This document shows, in pieces, positions 1-10,590 of a stretch of 58,123 nucleotides of DNA. This DNA comes from Candidatus Eiseniibacteriota bacterium (lineage in GTDB: Bacteria; Eisenbacteria; RBG-16-71-46; SZUA-252), in contig VBOR01000088.1 of the NCBI GenBank assembly GCA_005893165.1, positions 1 through 58,123 of the forward strand. Direction: 5' to 3'. Each line of letters opens with the position of its first letter. Positions within the stretch are counted from its first letter, which is position 1. Position numbers and translations under genes: made by a program. Below the pieces are notes generated by a model, which ran no database searches, was not told the DNA's origin, and saw only the letters and a list, made by a program, of their open reading frames with translations.

Positions 1-848
1 CCCTCCATCTTCGCCGGGATCAGTCCCTGATCGTGATACATGGCGACCGTGACGCCGAACGCCTCGGCGCTTCGCGCGAAAAAGGTATCGGCCGGAAAGG
101 GACCTTCCGCTCGAATGCCCTCGGAGCGGGCCCGATCCATCGCAGGACGGATCACGCGCTCCTCCTCGTCGCCGAAGAGCCCCTCCTCGCCGGCGTGCGG
201 ATTGAGCGCGAGCACGGCGACCGGCTTCTTCGGTCCCCAACGGAAATGGCGCATGGCAAGCGCCGCGTAGCGGAGGGTGCTCGTGAGGGAATCCACCCGC
301 AGCGACTCGGACACCTGCCTCAACGCAACGTGCACGGTCGCGAGCAGGATCCGGAACCGGCCCCCGGCGAAGAGCATGTGGGTCTCCGCCGCCCCGCTCA
401 GCGCTCCGAGGAATTCGGTGTGCCCCGGGTACGGATACCCCGCGAGCTGGAGAGCCTTCTTGGAAATGGGAGCGGTCACGATGGCCGTCGCGCGTCCTTC
501 GAGGGCAACCTTCGCGGCGGCCACGATGGCGCGCGCCGCGGCGCGTCCCGTCTCCTTGGAGGGGGTGCCGGGGTCGAACGTTCCCCATGCGCCCGAGGTG
601 GACGCGAGGAGCGGGATTCCATCCTGGGCGTCCGACCTGGGATCGAAGCGGTCGGCGTCGACCGGACGGAAGCGAAGCTTCACGCGAGCGAGGCGCGCGG
701 CGCGATCGATGGTCTCGGGGTCGCCCACCGCCGCGACCCGGGCCTGCGCCCGGAGGGTTCGGAGCGCCAGGGTCCGGACGAGGATCTCCGGGCCGATGCC
801 GGCGGGATCCCCCATCGTGAAGAGGAGCGTGTGCCGACGCGGCGCCAC
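1..848 (-). CDS. pdxA: 4-hydroxythreonine-4-phosphate dehydrogenase PdxA; 3' end runs off the window
   Basis: Absent from the ORF track because there is no stop in the window. Hand translation of the minus strand from GTG (848-846) gives VAPRRHTLLFTMGDPAGIGPEIL. At the window edge it gives FGVTVAMYHDQGLIPAKMEG. Both are PdxA signature stretches. AAGGAGG (rc of 860-866) lies upstream. Plus-strand ORF 33..881 is its antisense shadow. Gene order surA-pdxA matches the classical arrangement. Confidence 0.85.
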   Translation of the reverse strand, partial: MAPRRHTLLFTMGDPAGIGPEILVRTLALRTLRAQARVAAVGDPETIDRAARLARVKLRFRPVDADRFDPRSDAQDGIPLLASTSGAWGTFDPGTPSKETGRAAARAIVAAAKVALEGRATAIVTAPISKKALQLAGYPYPGHTEFLGALSGAAETHMLFAGGRFRILLATVHVALRQVSESLRVDSLTSTLRYAALAMRHFRWGPKKPVAVLALNPHAGEEGLFGDEEERVIRPAMDRARSEGIRAEGPFPADTFFARSAEAFGVTVAMYHDQGLIPAKME

Positions 849-870
849 CGGTCCGGGAGCCTCCTTGCGC

Positions 871-2190
871 TCAGTCCTTGAACTCGATGTTCACGTTCTT
901 TCGGATCCGATCCAGCCAGCGGTCGTACGCGTCGCGAAGTTTCTGATTCAAGACGATCTGCTTCAAATCGTCGCGAATCTCATCGTAGCTGAACTCCCGT
1001 TCGGGAACGCGCCCCCGGAGCTTGAAGACATAGTACCCGGCTTCACCCTTCAGCGGGACACTCACCTCGTTCTCGCCCAATCCCGTCAGCGGCTCCTGGA
1101 AGGTCGGCGGAAGGCCCGTGACCGGCACCTCGCCGAGGTAGCCGCCGGAGTCCTTGGTCGAGGTGTCCATGGAATAGCGCTTCGCCATGGCGGCGAAGTC
1201 AGCGCCCTTGCTGAGCGAGTCGCGCACGACCAGGGCGCGTTTGCGCGCGCGCTCTTCGTCCTGGGGATTGATCTTGGCCTGGAGCAGGACGTGCCGCGCG
1301 TGGACGCGCTCGCTCGTCGAGTCGGTCTTGGAGAAATGCTGGAGCACCTGGATCAGGTGCCAGCCGTAGCGGCTTCGCACCGGCTGGCTGACCTCGTTGG
1401 GCTTGAGACCAAAGGCCACGTCCTCGAATTCTCCGACCATCTCGCCGCGCTCGAAGGTCCCCAGGTCCCCGCCGCGCTGGCCGGAGGGATCGTCGGAGAA
1501 TTTCCGGGCGACTTCCTCGAAGGGCTGCTTCTTGACGACGATGAGATTCCGAAGGCTGTCGGCGCGCGCGTGCAGGCGCTTGATTTGCAGTGAATCGGGC
1601 TCGAACCCGATCACGATGGCGGAGAGCTTGAGCTGCTCCCCCCGCTTGGCCAGCGAGTCGCGATGTGCCATGAAATAGGACTTCACCTCGGCGTCCGTGA
1701 CCGTGGTCCGGTTCTGGACTTCCTTCCCGACCAGGCGCATCACGATGAGCTGCTTCTTCACGTCGGGCTCGTACTTGCGCCGGAGCCCGTCCTCGGTGGT
1801 GTGCTCTTCCCCGAGCGCGCGCTGGAAATTCGCGGGGGACCCGAGCCGCGTCTTCACGTTTTCGACCGCCTTGGTCACCGCGGCATCCAGGTCCGCTTTG
1901 GGGATCGTGATGTTCTGCCGCTGCGCCTCCGCCAGGATCACCTGCTCGTCGACGAGCTGCCTCAGCACGTCCTTCCTCAGCTTGGCGACCGTCACGGAGT
2001 CGCTCGGATCGATGTGCAGATTCGTCATCGCCACCCGGAGCTGGTCCTCGACGTCCGACTGCAAGATAACTTCCTTGTTCACGATCGCCGCGATCCGCTC
2101 CGCTGCCAAGGCGCCGCGCGCGGCCGGGAGCGCCGTCGCGGCGAGCGCGAAGACGATCCAGGCGAGATTGCTCACGGAATAACGCCTCAT
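871..2190 (-). CDS. SurA-like periplasmic chaperone / parvulin-type peptidyl-prolyl isomerase
   Basis: ORF 871..2304 trimmed to ATG 2190-2188, which forms an ATGA overlap with the upstream stop. Signal peptide MRRYSVSNLAWIVFALAATALPAARG. SurA-N-like region followed by a parvulin motif: FSDDPSGQRGGDLGTFERGEMVGEFEDVAF...GWHLIQV. Confidence 0.8.
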   Translation of the reverse strand: MRRYSVSNLAWIVFALAATALPAARGALAAERIAAIVNKEVILQSDVEDQLRVAMTNLHIDPSDSVTVAKLRKDVLRQLVDEQVILAEAQRQNITIPKADLDAAVTKAVENVKTRLGSPANFQRALGEEHTTEDGLRRKYEPDVKKQLIVMRLVGKEVQNRTTVTDAEVKSYFMAHRDSLAKRGEQLKLSAIVIGFEPDSLQIKRLHARADSLRNLIVVKKQPFEEVARKFSDDPSGQRGGDLGTFERGEMVGEFEDVAFGLKPNEVSQPVRSRYGWHLIQVLQHFSKTDSTSERVHARHVLLQAKINPQDEERARKRALVVRDSLSKGADFAAMAKRYSMDTSTKDSGGYLGEVPVTGLPPTFQEPLTGLGENEVSVPLKGEAGYYVFKLRGRVPEREFSYDEIRDDLKQIVLNQKLRDAYDRWLDRIRKNVNIEFKD

Positions 2191-3995
2191 CAGCGTGTTC
2201 CTCCCATGTCGGAATTCATTCCAAGCCGCAACGCCTCCAGGCGCGCGGGCACCATGCGGGCCGGCGTCGCCGCCCGCAGTCGTTCGAGCTGTGCTGTGAC
2301 CCACGTGTTCTCGGCGTCTTCACGCGCGTCGACCGCCACCAGGCCTGATACCTCCTCGAAGGTATAGCCCCGAGCAGCTTCCCGCCCCGTGACGATCGCT
2401 ACAGCGTACCCATTCGGGGACGCGATCACCGGGGAGATTTGGTTCGGCTGAAGCGAGCGTGCCGCGACCGAGAGAGGATCGGAGTCCGTATCGAGGAGGG
2501 AGATCTCCCCATAGAAACGCGGCCAGAGCGACCTCGCAGAGGCCCCCTCCCGCTTCCGGAATCCCTGGACGCCGTACACCGAGTCCCGGTACGAGGCCCG
2601 GCTCCACCCCGAGGCCGCCATCCGGGCCGTGTCCTCCGAAGCGAAGACCGCGACCAGAGCGCGCCGCGCCGCGGGACGCCGGTAGCGCGATCCGTGGGAA
2701 TCGAAGTACGCGCGAATCCGGACCGAATCGAGCGGCGGGACGGCGTGCTCCACCATCGCGCGCGTCGAGACCTCCTCCCGGATCAGACGCAGCCTCCGCG
2801 CGATGTCTGGCTCCTTGTCGATGCCCCGCTCCCGGACGTCCCGCGCGATGAGCCGCGGGAGCACCGCCATGGCACAGGCCATGAGGAGCTGGCTCGAATC
2901 ATGGATGTGCACTTTTCCGTCCGGCTCGCGCGGCAGGACGTCCGGGCTCCCGATGTCGCGATAGGTGAGGGAATCCCCCTCGAGCCGTGCGATGACGCCG
3001 AGGCCGGGGCGAACCCCTTCCTTGGGCCGCCGGCCCCGCGCGTCCAGCGAGGCCAGAATGGAGTCGGCCTTCTCGGTCGCCGACGCGAAGATGACCGAGC
3101 TCACCTGGTCCGGGACGATCTGGAACTTGTATTTCTGCAGCAGGCGAACATGGTAGCGGGGCTCGAGCAAGGTCTGCCGGTCGCGGAGCATCGTTTCCCG
3201 AAGCTCCGCGTCGTCCGGCTCCTCGATCGCCTCGACCTTGTAGATCTCGTGTGCCTCCCCGTTGACGTAAGGGCCGAACACGTCGCCCGGCTTGGCGTGC
3301 TGGAGCGGCTTCCATGCCTCCTGATTCAGGGACCCGATCCGCCTCCATCCGAGCCCGCTGCCCTTGGCGGCGGAAGGATGCATGCTGTAGAGCGTGGCGA
3401 CGGAATCGAACCGGGCGCCGTTCCGGAGCTCCTCGTAAACCTTGAAGGTGGTCTGCCGGTCCGTGACCGCCAGGATGTACTGCACCTTGACGCGCCTGTA
3501 GAGACCGCCGGCGCGGGCGGTGTCGATCTCCGAAGCGGTCGGCGTTACTTCTGGAATGAGAACTCGAGCGCGGAGCGCGGCGTAGAGCAGATCGGCGTTG
3601 CTGCGCTCGATCCGCCGCATCACGCTGGGATCGTTCAGAAGCCCCGTGCGCTCCGCCTCGAGCGCGAGCAGCTCGCGATCGACGCACAGGTCGAGGAGCT
3701 TCTTCCGCCAGAGGGCGTGGTTCGTCTTGCGGAGCGGATCGCGTTCCATCACGAGAGCGGCGCGCCGGATGTCCGCTTCCTCGACGCGGCGGTCCGCGAT
3801 CAGCGCGATCGTCCCCTGTGCCGCGGACGTCGCCGACGAGATCTTCGCGGCCGAGGGAGCGGATTTCGGGCGCGGGGATGCCTTGGTACCGGGCGAAGGC
3901 TGTCTCGCACCCTTGGCAGTTCCTGGGCCGAGGGGGAGAGACAGCAGCACGGCGAGCGCGGCAAGCGCTGCGGGGATCGATCTTCTTCCTGGCAT
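2190..3995 (-). CDS. Secreted parvulin/PpiD-like chaperone (divergent)
   Basis: ORF 2190..4076. ATG 3995 gives the signal peptide MPGRRSIPAALAALAVLLSLPLG. An alternative TTG at 4076 would form a TTGA overlap with the mfd stop. Degenerate rotamase-like segments: GLGWRRIGSLNQEAWKPLQHAKPGDVFGPYVNGEAHEIYKV and ISPVIASPNGYAVAIVTG. Confidence 0.55.
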   Translation of the reverse strand: MPGRRSIPAALAALAVLLSLPLGPGTAKGARQPSPGTKASPRPKSAPSAAKISSATSAAQGTIALIADRRVEEADIRRAALVMERDPLRKTNHALWRKKLLDLCVDRELLALEAERTGLLNDPSVMRRIERSNADLLYAALRARVLIPEVTPTASEIDTARAGGLYRRVKVQYILAVTDRQTTFKVYEELRNGARFDSVATLYSMHPSAAKGSGLGWRRIGSLNQEAWKPLQHAKPGDVFGPYVNGEAHEIYKVEAIEEPDDAELRETMLRDRQTLLEPRYHVRLLQKYKFQIVPDQVSSVIFASATEKADSILASLDARGRRPKEGVRPGLGVIARLEGDSLTYRDIGSPDVLPREPDGKVHIHDSSQLLMACAMAVLPRLIARDVRERGIDKEPDIARRLRLIREEVSTRAMVEHAVPPLDSVRIRAYFDSHGSRYRRPAARRALVAVFASEDTARMAASGWSRASYRDSVYGVQGFRKREGASARSLWPRFYGEISLLDTDSDPLSVAARSLQPNQISPVIASPNGYAVAIVTGREAARGYTFEEVSGLVAVDAREDAENTWVTAQLERLRAATPARMVPARLEALRLGMNSDMGGTR

Positions 3996-4072
3996 TCGAA
4001 TCGCTGTTGTCCGGGCGGGCCTTCCAGCGCCGCACCGCTCCCCCATGAGTACCCCGAACTCCCGGTCGCGGT

Positions 4073-7000
4073 TCAACTTCCAGCAGCTGGAAGAGGCAGG
4101 TCGGTGACGCTATCAGACCCCCCGAGGACCCGCAACAGATTTGTGGCAAGGGAGATCGGCTCGGAAGGCCCCCGCACGCGAAAGGAGCCCGTACCGCCCC
4201 CCACGAACTCGATCCGCGCCTCGGTGGAGGCGACGAGGCGGAGGATCTGGTCGCGCTTCAGGGATTCCGCCAGGTCGATCTCCAGGCGATCCTTCCCGAC
4301 GCGGAGGCGCGTCGCGCCGGCGTCGCGTCCCATGAGCCGGAGACGTTTCATCTCGAAGAGATGCTCCGCCTCCTTGGGCAGGGGGCCGAATCGATCCCGG
4401 AATTCCGCCGCGATCTCCTCGAGCTCCGAGGATTCGGTCACGGCGGCGAGACGGCGGTAGGCGTCGAGCTTCTCGTCGGGGTCCTGGATGTACTCCTCGG
4501 GGATGAACGCCGCGAGATCGCTCGAGATCGCGGGCTCCGGACGCCTGTCGGCCGGCTTCCCCTGAAGCTCCTGGACCACCTCGTCCACCATGCGGCAGTA
4601 GAGGTCGAAGCCGACGCTCACCATGAAGCCGTGCTGCTCCGGCCCGAGCAGGTTCCCGGCGCCGCGGATCTCGAGATCGCGCATCGCGATCGTGAGGCCC
4701 GCCCCCAGCTCCTCATGCTCGGCGATCACGCGGAGCCTTTTCTCCGCATCCTCGTTCAGCACGGTTCCCGCCGGGACGAGGAGGTAGCAGAAGGCCTGAT
4801 GGTGGGAGCGGCCGATCCTGCCCCGGAGCTGGTAGATCTGCGCCAGCCCCAGCGCATCCGCGCGATTCATGAGCATCGTGTTCACGGTGGGGATGTCGAG
4901 GCCCGACTCGATGATGAGGGTCGTCACCAGAACGTCGGTGCGCCGCTCGAGGAAATCCAGCATCACGCGCTCCAGATCCACGTCGCGCATCTGCCCGTGC
5001 GCGACTCCGTATCGAAGCTGGGGGACGATGCTCTGGAGTAAGTGCGCGATCCGGTCGATCGACTCGACCCGGTTGTGCACGAAGAAGGATTGCCCCCCAC
5101 GGTCCGCTTCCCGGAGCAGGGCGTCCCGGATCACGTCCTTGTTCATCTCCACGATCTCGGTCTTGATCGGATAGCGCCCGCGCGGCGGGGTCTGCATGAC
5201 GGACATGTCCCGCGCCCCGAGAAGGCTCATGTGGAGGGTTCGCGGGATGGGCGTGGCGGTGAGCGTGAGGACGTCCACGTTCTCGACGAGCGTGCGGATC
5301 CTCTCTTTCTGCGCCACGCCGAAGCGCTGCTCCTCGTCGATCACCGCCAATCCCAGGTTCTTGAACTGGACGTCCTTCGAGAGAAGCCGGTGGGTCCCGA
5401 TGACGATGTCCAGCTCGCCGCGCCGGATCTTCTCCACCATCTCCTTCTGCTCCCGGGCGGACCGGAACCGGCTCAGCATGTCGATCCGGACGGGAAAATC
5501 GGCGAAGCGCTCCGTGAACGTGGTGAGGTGCTGCTGCGCGAGCACGGTCGTGGGCACGAGCACGGCCACCTGGGTTCCTTCCTGGACCGCCTTGAACGCC
5601 GCGCGGATCGCCACTTCGGTCTTGCCGTACCCCACGTCGCCGCAGACGAGCCGGTCCATGGCGCGCGGCGACTCCATGTCGCGCTTCACCTCCTCGACCG
5701 TGCGCAGCTGGTCGGGGGTCTCCTCGTAGGGGAAGGAGGATTCCAGCTCGCGCTGCCAGGGTGTGTCCGGTGAGAAGGCGCGGCCTCCGCGCGCCTTCCG
5801 GAGGGCGTAGCTCCGGAGCAGCTCCTCCGCCATCTCCTTGATCGCGCGCCGCGCCTTGGCCTTGGTTCTCTGCCAGGCCGTGCCCCCGAGCCGCGAGATG
5901 AGCGGGGTGCGCCCTTCCTCGGCCGAATACCGCTGGACCATGCCGAGCTGATCGATCGGTACGAAGAGCCGGTCGCTCTGCGCGTAGTCGATCTGGATGC
6001 ATTCCGTATCCTGGCCGTCGAGCGTGATCCGCTTCAGTCCGCGGTAGACCCCGATTCCGTGATCGAGATGAACGACGTACTGCCCGGGCTCGAGCGACAT
6101 GAGGTCCCGGATCGTGGCGCGCGAGGGAGCGGAGCGCCGACCGCGGCGCCTCCGGTAGCGCGCGAAGATCTCGTGGTCGGTGAAGACCGCGATGCGCGCG
6201 GGGGGCAGCACGAATCCCGAGGTGATCGCCCCCACGTCCACCGAGACCACTCCTTCGCCGAGGATCTCCTCGAGACGCTCCGCCTGCCCGCGGTTGTCGC
6301 ACACGATCACGCGCTCGTATCCCAGCTCCTCGAGCCGCCGGAGCTCGCCCCGCAAAAGATCGAGCTTTCTTCCGAACGAGGGCTGCGGCCGCGCGTCGAT
6401 GGAGATCGCGGGCTCGCGCTCCCCTCCCTGGAAGGTGACGCGCGACTCGAGGCGCTGGAAAGACCCGAGGCGCGCGAGCGCGCGATCGGGCGGGTCGAAG
6501 AGCTCCTCGCGGCCGGGAAGATGGGGAGAGCGTTCGCGCGCGTCCGGCTCGATCCGCTCCGACTCGCGCTCCGCGGATTCCAGCTCCCGGCCCACCGCCT
6601 CGGGCTCATCGACCCAGATGGCCGTCCCCGCGGGGAGGTACTGGAGCACGGATCCGAGGCCGATTCCGAGGTGAGGCGCGAGCCAGTCCACCCCTTCGAA
6701 ATACACGCCCTCGCGCACCAGCTCGCGCACCCGCGCTCCCTCGAGATCTCCCGAGAGTCCTCCGCGATCGAGCGCCCTGAGGCGGGCGTCGAGGTCCTCC
6801 GGGAAGAGAATCTCGCGGGCGGGCGCGATGCGCGTCCGGTCGATGGCGGCGACGGAGCGCTGGGTGGAGACGTCGAAGGTCCGGAGCGACGCGACCTGGT
6901 CGCCGTCGAATTCGATTCGCACCGGGTAGTGCATGCCCGGCCCGAATACGTCCAGGAGGCCGCCGCGGCGGCTCACCTCCCCCACTTCCCCCACCTCGCC

Positions 7001-7564
7001 CACGGATCGGTAGCCCGCCATGACCAGCCGGTGCGCCAGGATCTCGGGCGCGATCTCGGTCCCGCGCTGGAGCGAAACGGCACGGGAGCGAATCGTTCCC
7101 GGAGCGGGCGCGAGCCGGTAGAGGGAGACGGCCGGGATCACGACGATCGGCGGGTCGGGGTCGCCCAGCCGGAGCATCGCGGTCACGCGGTCGTCGCGGA
7201 CGGGGCCCGTGGCGACCTGCGAGCTCCAGGGGACCACGTCGTGCGGCGGGAGATAGACGACGCGGTCGGGTCCGAGTAAGAACTCGAGGTCGTCCCGCCA
7301 CGCTTCCGCCCGGTCGAGGTCGGGAGCGATCACGGCGAAGGGCCGCTTCACGGAACGCGCGAGCGCGGCGAGAAAGAGGGCGCCCGCGCTCCCCGCCACC
7401 CCGCGGATGGGGACGGGAGCGCCTCCGGCAGCGGGGCCGCTCCTGCTTCCTCCTCCGGGCGCGGCGCCCGCGTCCTCGACCCGCGCCTTCAGCGCTTCGA
7501 ATCCGGGATGGCGCTCCGCCCCGCGAAGAAGCTGCTCCGCCAGGGAGTCCGCCGTCCGGATCAA
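4073..7564 (-). CDS. mfd: Transcription-repair coupling factor
   Basis: 1163 aa. Helicase motifs GDVGYGKTEVA (Walker A) and VIDEEQRFG (DExx). Length and architecture are typical of Mfd. TTG start 7564 forms a TTGA overlap with the upstream stop. Confidence 0.95.
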   Translation of the reverse strand: MIRTADSLAEQLLRGAERHPGFEALKARVEDAGAAPGGGSRSGPAAGGAPVPIRGVAGSAGALFLAALARSVKRPFAVIAPDLDRAEAWRDDLEFLLGPDRVVYLPPHDVVPWSSQVATGPVRDDRVTAMLRLGDPDPPIVVIPAVSLYRLAPAPGTIRSRAVSLQRGTEIAPEILAHRLVMAGYRSVGEVGEVGEVSRRGGLLDVFGPGMHYPVRIEFDGDQVASLRTFDVSTQRSVAAIDRTRIAPAREILFPEDLDARLRALDRGGLSGDLEGARVRELVREGVYFEGVDWLAPHLGIGLGSVLQYLPAGTAIWVDEPEAVGRELESAERESERIEPDARERSPHLPGREELFDPPDRALARLGSFQRLESRVTFQGGEREPAISIDARPQPSFGRKLDLLRGELRRLEELGYERVIVCDNRGQAERLEEILGEGVVSVDVGAITSGFVLPPARIAVFTDHEIFARYRRRRGRRSAPSRATIRDLMSLEPGQYVVHLDHGIGVYRGLKRITLDGQDTECIQIDYAQSDRLFVPIDQLGMVQRYSAEEGRTPLISRLGGTAWQRTKAKARRAIKEMAEELLRSYALRKARGGRAFSPDTPWQRELESSFPYEETPDQLRTVEEVKRDMESPRAMDRLVCGDVGYGKTEVAIRAAFKAVQEGTQVAVLVPTTVLAQQHLTTFTERFADFPVRIDMLSRFRSAREQKEMVEKIRRGELDIVIGTHRLLSKDVQFKNLGLAVIDEEQRFGVAQKERIRTLVENVDVLTLTATPIPRTLHMSLLGARDMSVMQTPPRGRYPIKTEIVEMNKDVIRDALLREADRGGQSFFVHNRVESIDRIAHLLQSIVPQLRYGVAHGQMRDVDLERVMLDFLERRTDVLVTTLIIESGLDIPTVNTMLMNRADALGLAQIYQLRGRIGRSHHQAFCYLLVPAGTVLNEDAEKRLRVIAEHEELGAGLTIAMRDLEIRGAGNLLGPEQHGFMVSVGFDLYCRMVDEVVQELQGKPADRRPEPAISSDLAAFIPEEYIQDPDEKLDAYRRLAAVTESSELEEIAAEFRDRFGPLPKEAEHLFEMKRLRLMGRDAGATRLRVGKDRLEIDLAESLKRDQILRLVASTEARIEFVGGGTGSFRVRGPSEPISLATNLLRVLGGSDSVTDLPLPAAGS

Positions 7565-9669
7565 GGCGCGACGGTGCGGGCGCTGGCCAGGGCCAGCTCG
7601 CCGGCCAAAGCAACCGCCGCCAGGACGAGGAAGAGGAGCCAGAGCTCCCGCCCCTGCCGCATGTCCCGAAGATGCGTGCGGAGCGAACGCACCGTGAGGA
7701 TCGAACGCGGCGGATCGGGCGATCCCGCCTGCAGGGATTCCATCGAGACCGGTCTCAGGTCGCTTTCGATCGGATCCGGATTCACCGCGGCGACCGCCGC
7801 CTCGCGCCCGCCCGCCTCGAAGACGTAGAAGCCGGGCACGGGTGCCGGCGCATCGGCCACCGCGCGGAACCCCGATCCGTCCGAGGCCACCGTGGCCTGA
7901 GAGCGGTAGGACTCGGGACCGCGCACCACCACGGCACCCGGGGGTGCGGTGTCCAGGTGCGCCGTGGGAGGACGCCCGACGAGCGAGAGGTCGCCCGATT
8001 CCAGGGAGGCCGCCCTCGCGGCGTGATCGACCAGCCCCCGAACCAGCGGCACGAACGCCCCCGAATAGGGGAGATCCCCCCAGTCATCGGAGAAGGACCC
8101 AAGGAAGATCGAGACTTGTTGCGCTGCGACCACCACGGGAAGCCCTCCCGTCGTCGTGACGATCGCCTCCGCGCGGGAGGACGTGATCCGCCCCTTGGAG
8201 ACGGCGGTGAGCCGCGACTGGGTCAGGGGCGAGCCCACGGCGAGGGACAGACCTTCCAGGATCGGATGCGCGGGGGCGCGCGCGCGGATCTCGAATGCCT
8301 GCCCCTCCGACGCGCGCTCCGTTCCTTCGAGCGCGAGGTCCACGACGCCGGGGAAGAGCTTGTGCCCGTAGTAGTCGAGATCGGCGTGGGGGCCGAGGCC
8401 GATCACGAGCCCGCCTCCTTCGCGCAGGAAGGACCGCAGTCTCCCTTCCGCGTCGCTCGAGAGGGAAGCGATGTCTTCGAGGAGCACGACGTCGTAGCGG
8501 CTCCGGCCCAGGCCGAGGAGCGATGCCGGGGTCCCCGTCTCGACGACGTAGCCCCCGGAGCCGTCCTGCGCCGGATCCAGAGCGAGCGCCGTGAAGCGCG
8601 AGGCGGGCTCGCCCGCGCGCGACTCCACGATGCGGAGCACGCGTAGGCGCCGCGGCGCGCCGAGGACCGCGAACCGCCGGTCGTCTCCGGCCAGCGCGTC
8701 GACGTCCGATTCCACCACGACCGGGGCCTTGCCCTTGATCTCGGCCGCCGCGCCCGCACCCGCGCGCCAGTCGATGGGGAGCGAGGCCCAGCGCGATTCG
8801 TCGGCCTGAAGCGTGACGTCGCCCCCTCCGATCAAGGCGTCCCCCAGACGGGCCCGCACCGAGAGCCTCTCGCTGGGAGCGTCGGCGTGGTTCACGAGGC
8901 GCGCGCGCATCTCGAGACCCTTCCCCTGAGGTCCGGGCCGGAGGGCCGGATCGAGGTCCTCGATGGCGTGGTTGGGAACGCGGGAGGAGACGACGGGCAG
9001 CAGGACGACACGGGCGCCTGCGCGTGAGAGAAGAGCGACCTTCTCCCGCGCTCCTTTCGTGAAATTCGTCGCCTGGAAGTCGCTGATGACGTAGACCTCG
9101 TGCGCGCGAAGGGAGCTCCTTCCCAGGAAGCGCCGCGCTCGCTCGAGCGCCTGTTCCACGTTGCCCGGAAGCCAGGTCGCGCCGATCTGGCGCACCGTTC
9201 GCGTGAGGCGCACACGGTCCCCGGAGCGGTTGGCGAGAGGCGCGTCGGGACCGGTGGTCGTGGTGATCGCGATCTCGTCTCCCCCCCGCGCCGCGTCCAC
9301 GATCGCGAGCCCTCGCTCCCTGGCGCCCTCGATCCGCGGGCGCCCCTGCTCGTCCATCGCTCCCATGCTCTCCGAGTCGTCGATGACGACCGCGACGGCT
9401 GCGGCCGCGCGCGCCGCCGCGGCCTTCGGCTGGACCGAAGGCCGCGCAAAGGCGCACACGAGGAGGAGGATGGCGAGGGTGCGCAGGATGAGAAGCAGGA
9501 TCTCGCGCAGGCGGAGCCGGCGGATCTCGCGCGGCTCGAGGGCGCGCAGGAACATGACCGTCGGGAAGCGGATCTCCGGCAGCCGGCGCTTGCTCAGGAA
9601 ATGGATCAGGATCGGAATTCCGGCGAGCGGAAGCGCCCAGAGGAATCCCGGATTGAGGAACGAAAACAT
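7561..9669 (-). CDS. BatA-like membrane protein (aerotolerance-type N-terminal double-TM domain, vWA-like region)
   Basis: ORF 7561..9780 trimmed to ATG 9669, because DUF58 stops at 9683. The N-terminus MFSFLNPGFLWALPLAGIPILIHFLSKRRLPEIRFPT is the BatA_N-type motif. It lies downstream of MoxR and DUF58, as in Bat/MoxR operons. Confidence 0.7.
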   Translation of the reverse strand: MFSFLNPGFLWALPLAGIPILIHFLSKRRLPEIRFPTVMFLRALEPREIRRLRLREILLLILRTLAILLLVCAFARPSVQPKAAAARAAAAVAVVIDDSESMGAMDEQGRPRIEGARERGLAIVDAARGGDEIAITTTTGPDAPLANRSGDRVRLTRTVRQIGATWLPGNVEQALERARRFLGRSSLRAHEVYVISDFQATNFTKGAREKVALLSRAGARVVLLPVVSSRVPNHAIEDLDPALRPGPQGKGLEMRARLVNHADAPSERLSVRARLGDALIGGGDVTLQADESRWASLPIDWRAGAGAAAEIKGKAPVVVESDVDALAGDDRRFAVLGAPRRLRVLRIVESRAGEPASRFTALALDPAQDGSGGYVVETGTPASLLGLGRSRYDVVLLEDIASLSSDAEGRLRSFLREGGGLVIGLGPHADLDYYGHKLFPGVVDLALEGTERASEGQAFEIRARAPAHPILEGLSLAVGSPLTQSRLTAVSKGRITSSRAEAIVTTTGGLPVVVAAQQVSIFLGSFSDDWGDLPYSGAFVPLVRGLVDHAARAASLESGDLSLVGRPPTAHLDTAPPGAVVVRGPESYRSQATVASDGSGFRAVADAPAPVPGFYVFEAGGREAAVAAVNPDPIESDLRPVSMESLQAGSPDPPRSILTVRSLRTHLRDMRQGRELWLLFLVLAAVALAGELALASARTVAP

Positions 9670-9682
9670 CAGGGGCGCGGTC

Positions 9683-10579
9683 TCAGAGCAGCCGGGCGCG
9701 CTTGGAGAGGTATTCCAGGAGCGCGCGGTCGTACGGAGTGTCCGTGGAGACGGCCACGTAATCCGCCTGCTTCTCGACACAGAATTCCCGGATCTTATCC
9801 ATCCAGCCCTTCACGCGGCTTCGATAGTCCACGCGCAATTCCTGGGGCCGCGTCGTCACGCGATCGCCGCTCTCGAGATCGATGTAGGTTGCCTCCCGCT
9901 CGAACTGGAAGGTCGTCTCCTGAGGATCGAGCACGTGGAAGACCAGGACCTCGTGCTTGCGGTGGCGAAAATGATGGATCGCGCTCGCGATCCGTTCCGT
10001 GTCGTCGAGGAGGTCGGAGAGGATGACGATCAAGCCGCGCTGCTTGACTCGCTCCGCCAGCGCGTGGAGCGAGGAGGCGAAATCCGTTCCTCCCGCCGCT
10101 TCGAGCCGCTCGAGGAGCACGAGGAGCTGGCGGAGGTGGCTCGGGGTGGAGCGCGGCGGGATCAGCTCCCCGCGTCCGTTCGCGAACGCGTACATCCCGA
10201 CGGCGTCCTTCTGCCGCAGCATCAAGTAGGCGAGCGAGGCCGCGAGCTGGCGGGCATAGTCCAGTTTCGTGAGCCCGTGCGAGGAGTAGCTCATGGACGC
10301 GCTCGTGTCGATGAGGAGGGTCGCCCTGAGGTTCGTTTCCTCCTCGTACTGCTTGAGGTACTTGCGGTCCGACTTGGCCAGCACCTTCCAGTCGAGATGC
10401 CGCAGCGGGTCGCCGGGCATGTACTGGCGGTGCTCGGCGAACTCCACGCTGAATCCGTGATAGGGACTCTTGTGAAGACCGGTGAGAAATCCGTCGACGA
10501 CCAGCCGGGCGCGAAGGTCGAGGCGGGCGAGCTTCGAAACAAAGTGCGGGTCGAGGAGCCGCTGCGAGGTTTTCGCCAT
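9683..10579 (-). CDS. DUF58 domain protein (MoxR-associated, vWA-like)
   Basis: Carries the DUF58 hallmark SPYHGFSVEFAEHRQYMPGDPLRHLDWKVLAKSDRKYLKQYEEE. Sits immediately downstream of the MoxR ATPase. Confidence 0.9.
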   Translation of the reverse strand: MAKTSQRLLDPHFVSKLARLDLRARLVVDGFLTGLHKSPYHGFSVEFAEHRQYMPGDPLRHLDWKVLAKSDRKYLKQYEEETNLRATLLIDTSASMSYSSHGLTKLDYARQLAASLAYLMLRQKDAVGMYAFANGRGELIPPRSTPSHLRQLLVLLERLEAAGGTDFASSLHALAERVKQRGLIVILSDLLDDTERIASAIHHFRHRKHEVLVFHVLDPQETTFQFEREATYIDLESGDRVTTRPQELRVDYRSRVKGWMDKIREFCVEKQADYVAVSTDTPYDRALLEYLSKRARLL

Positions 10580-10590
10580 GGCCGCCCGGG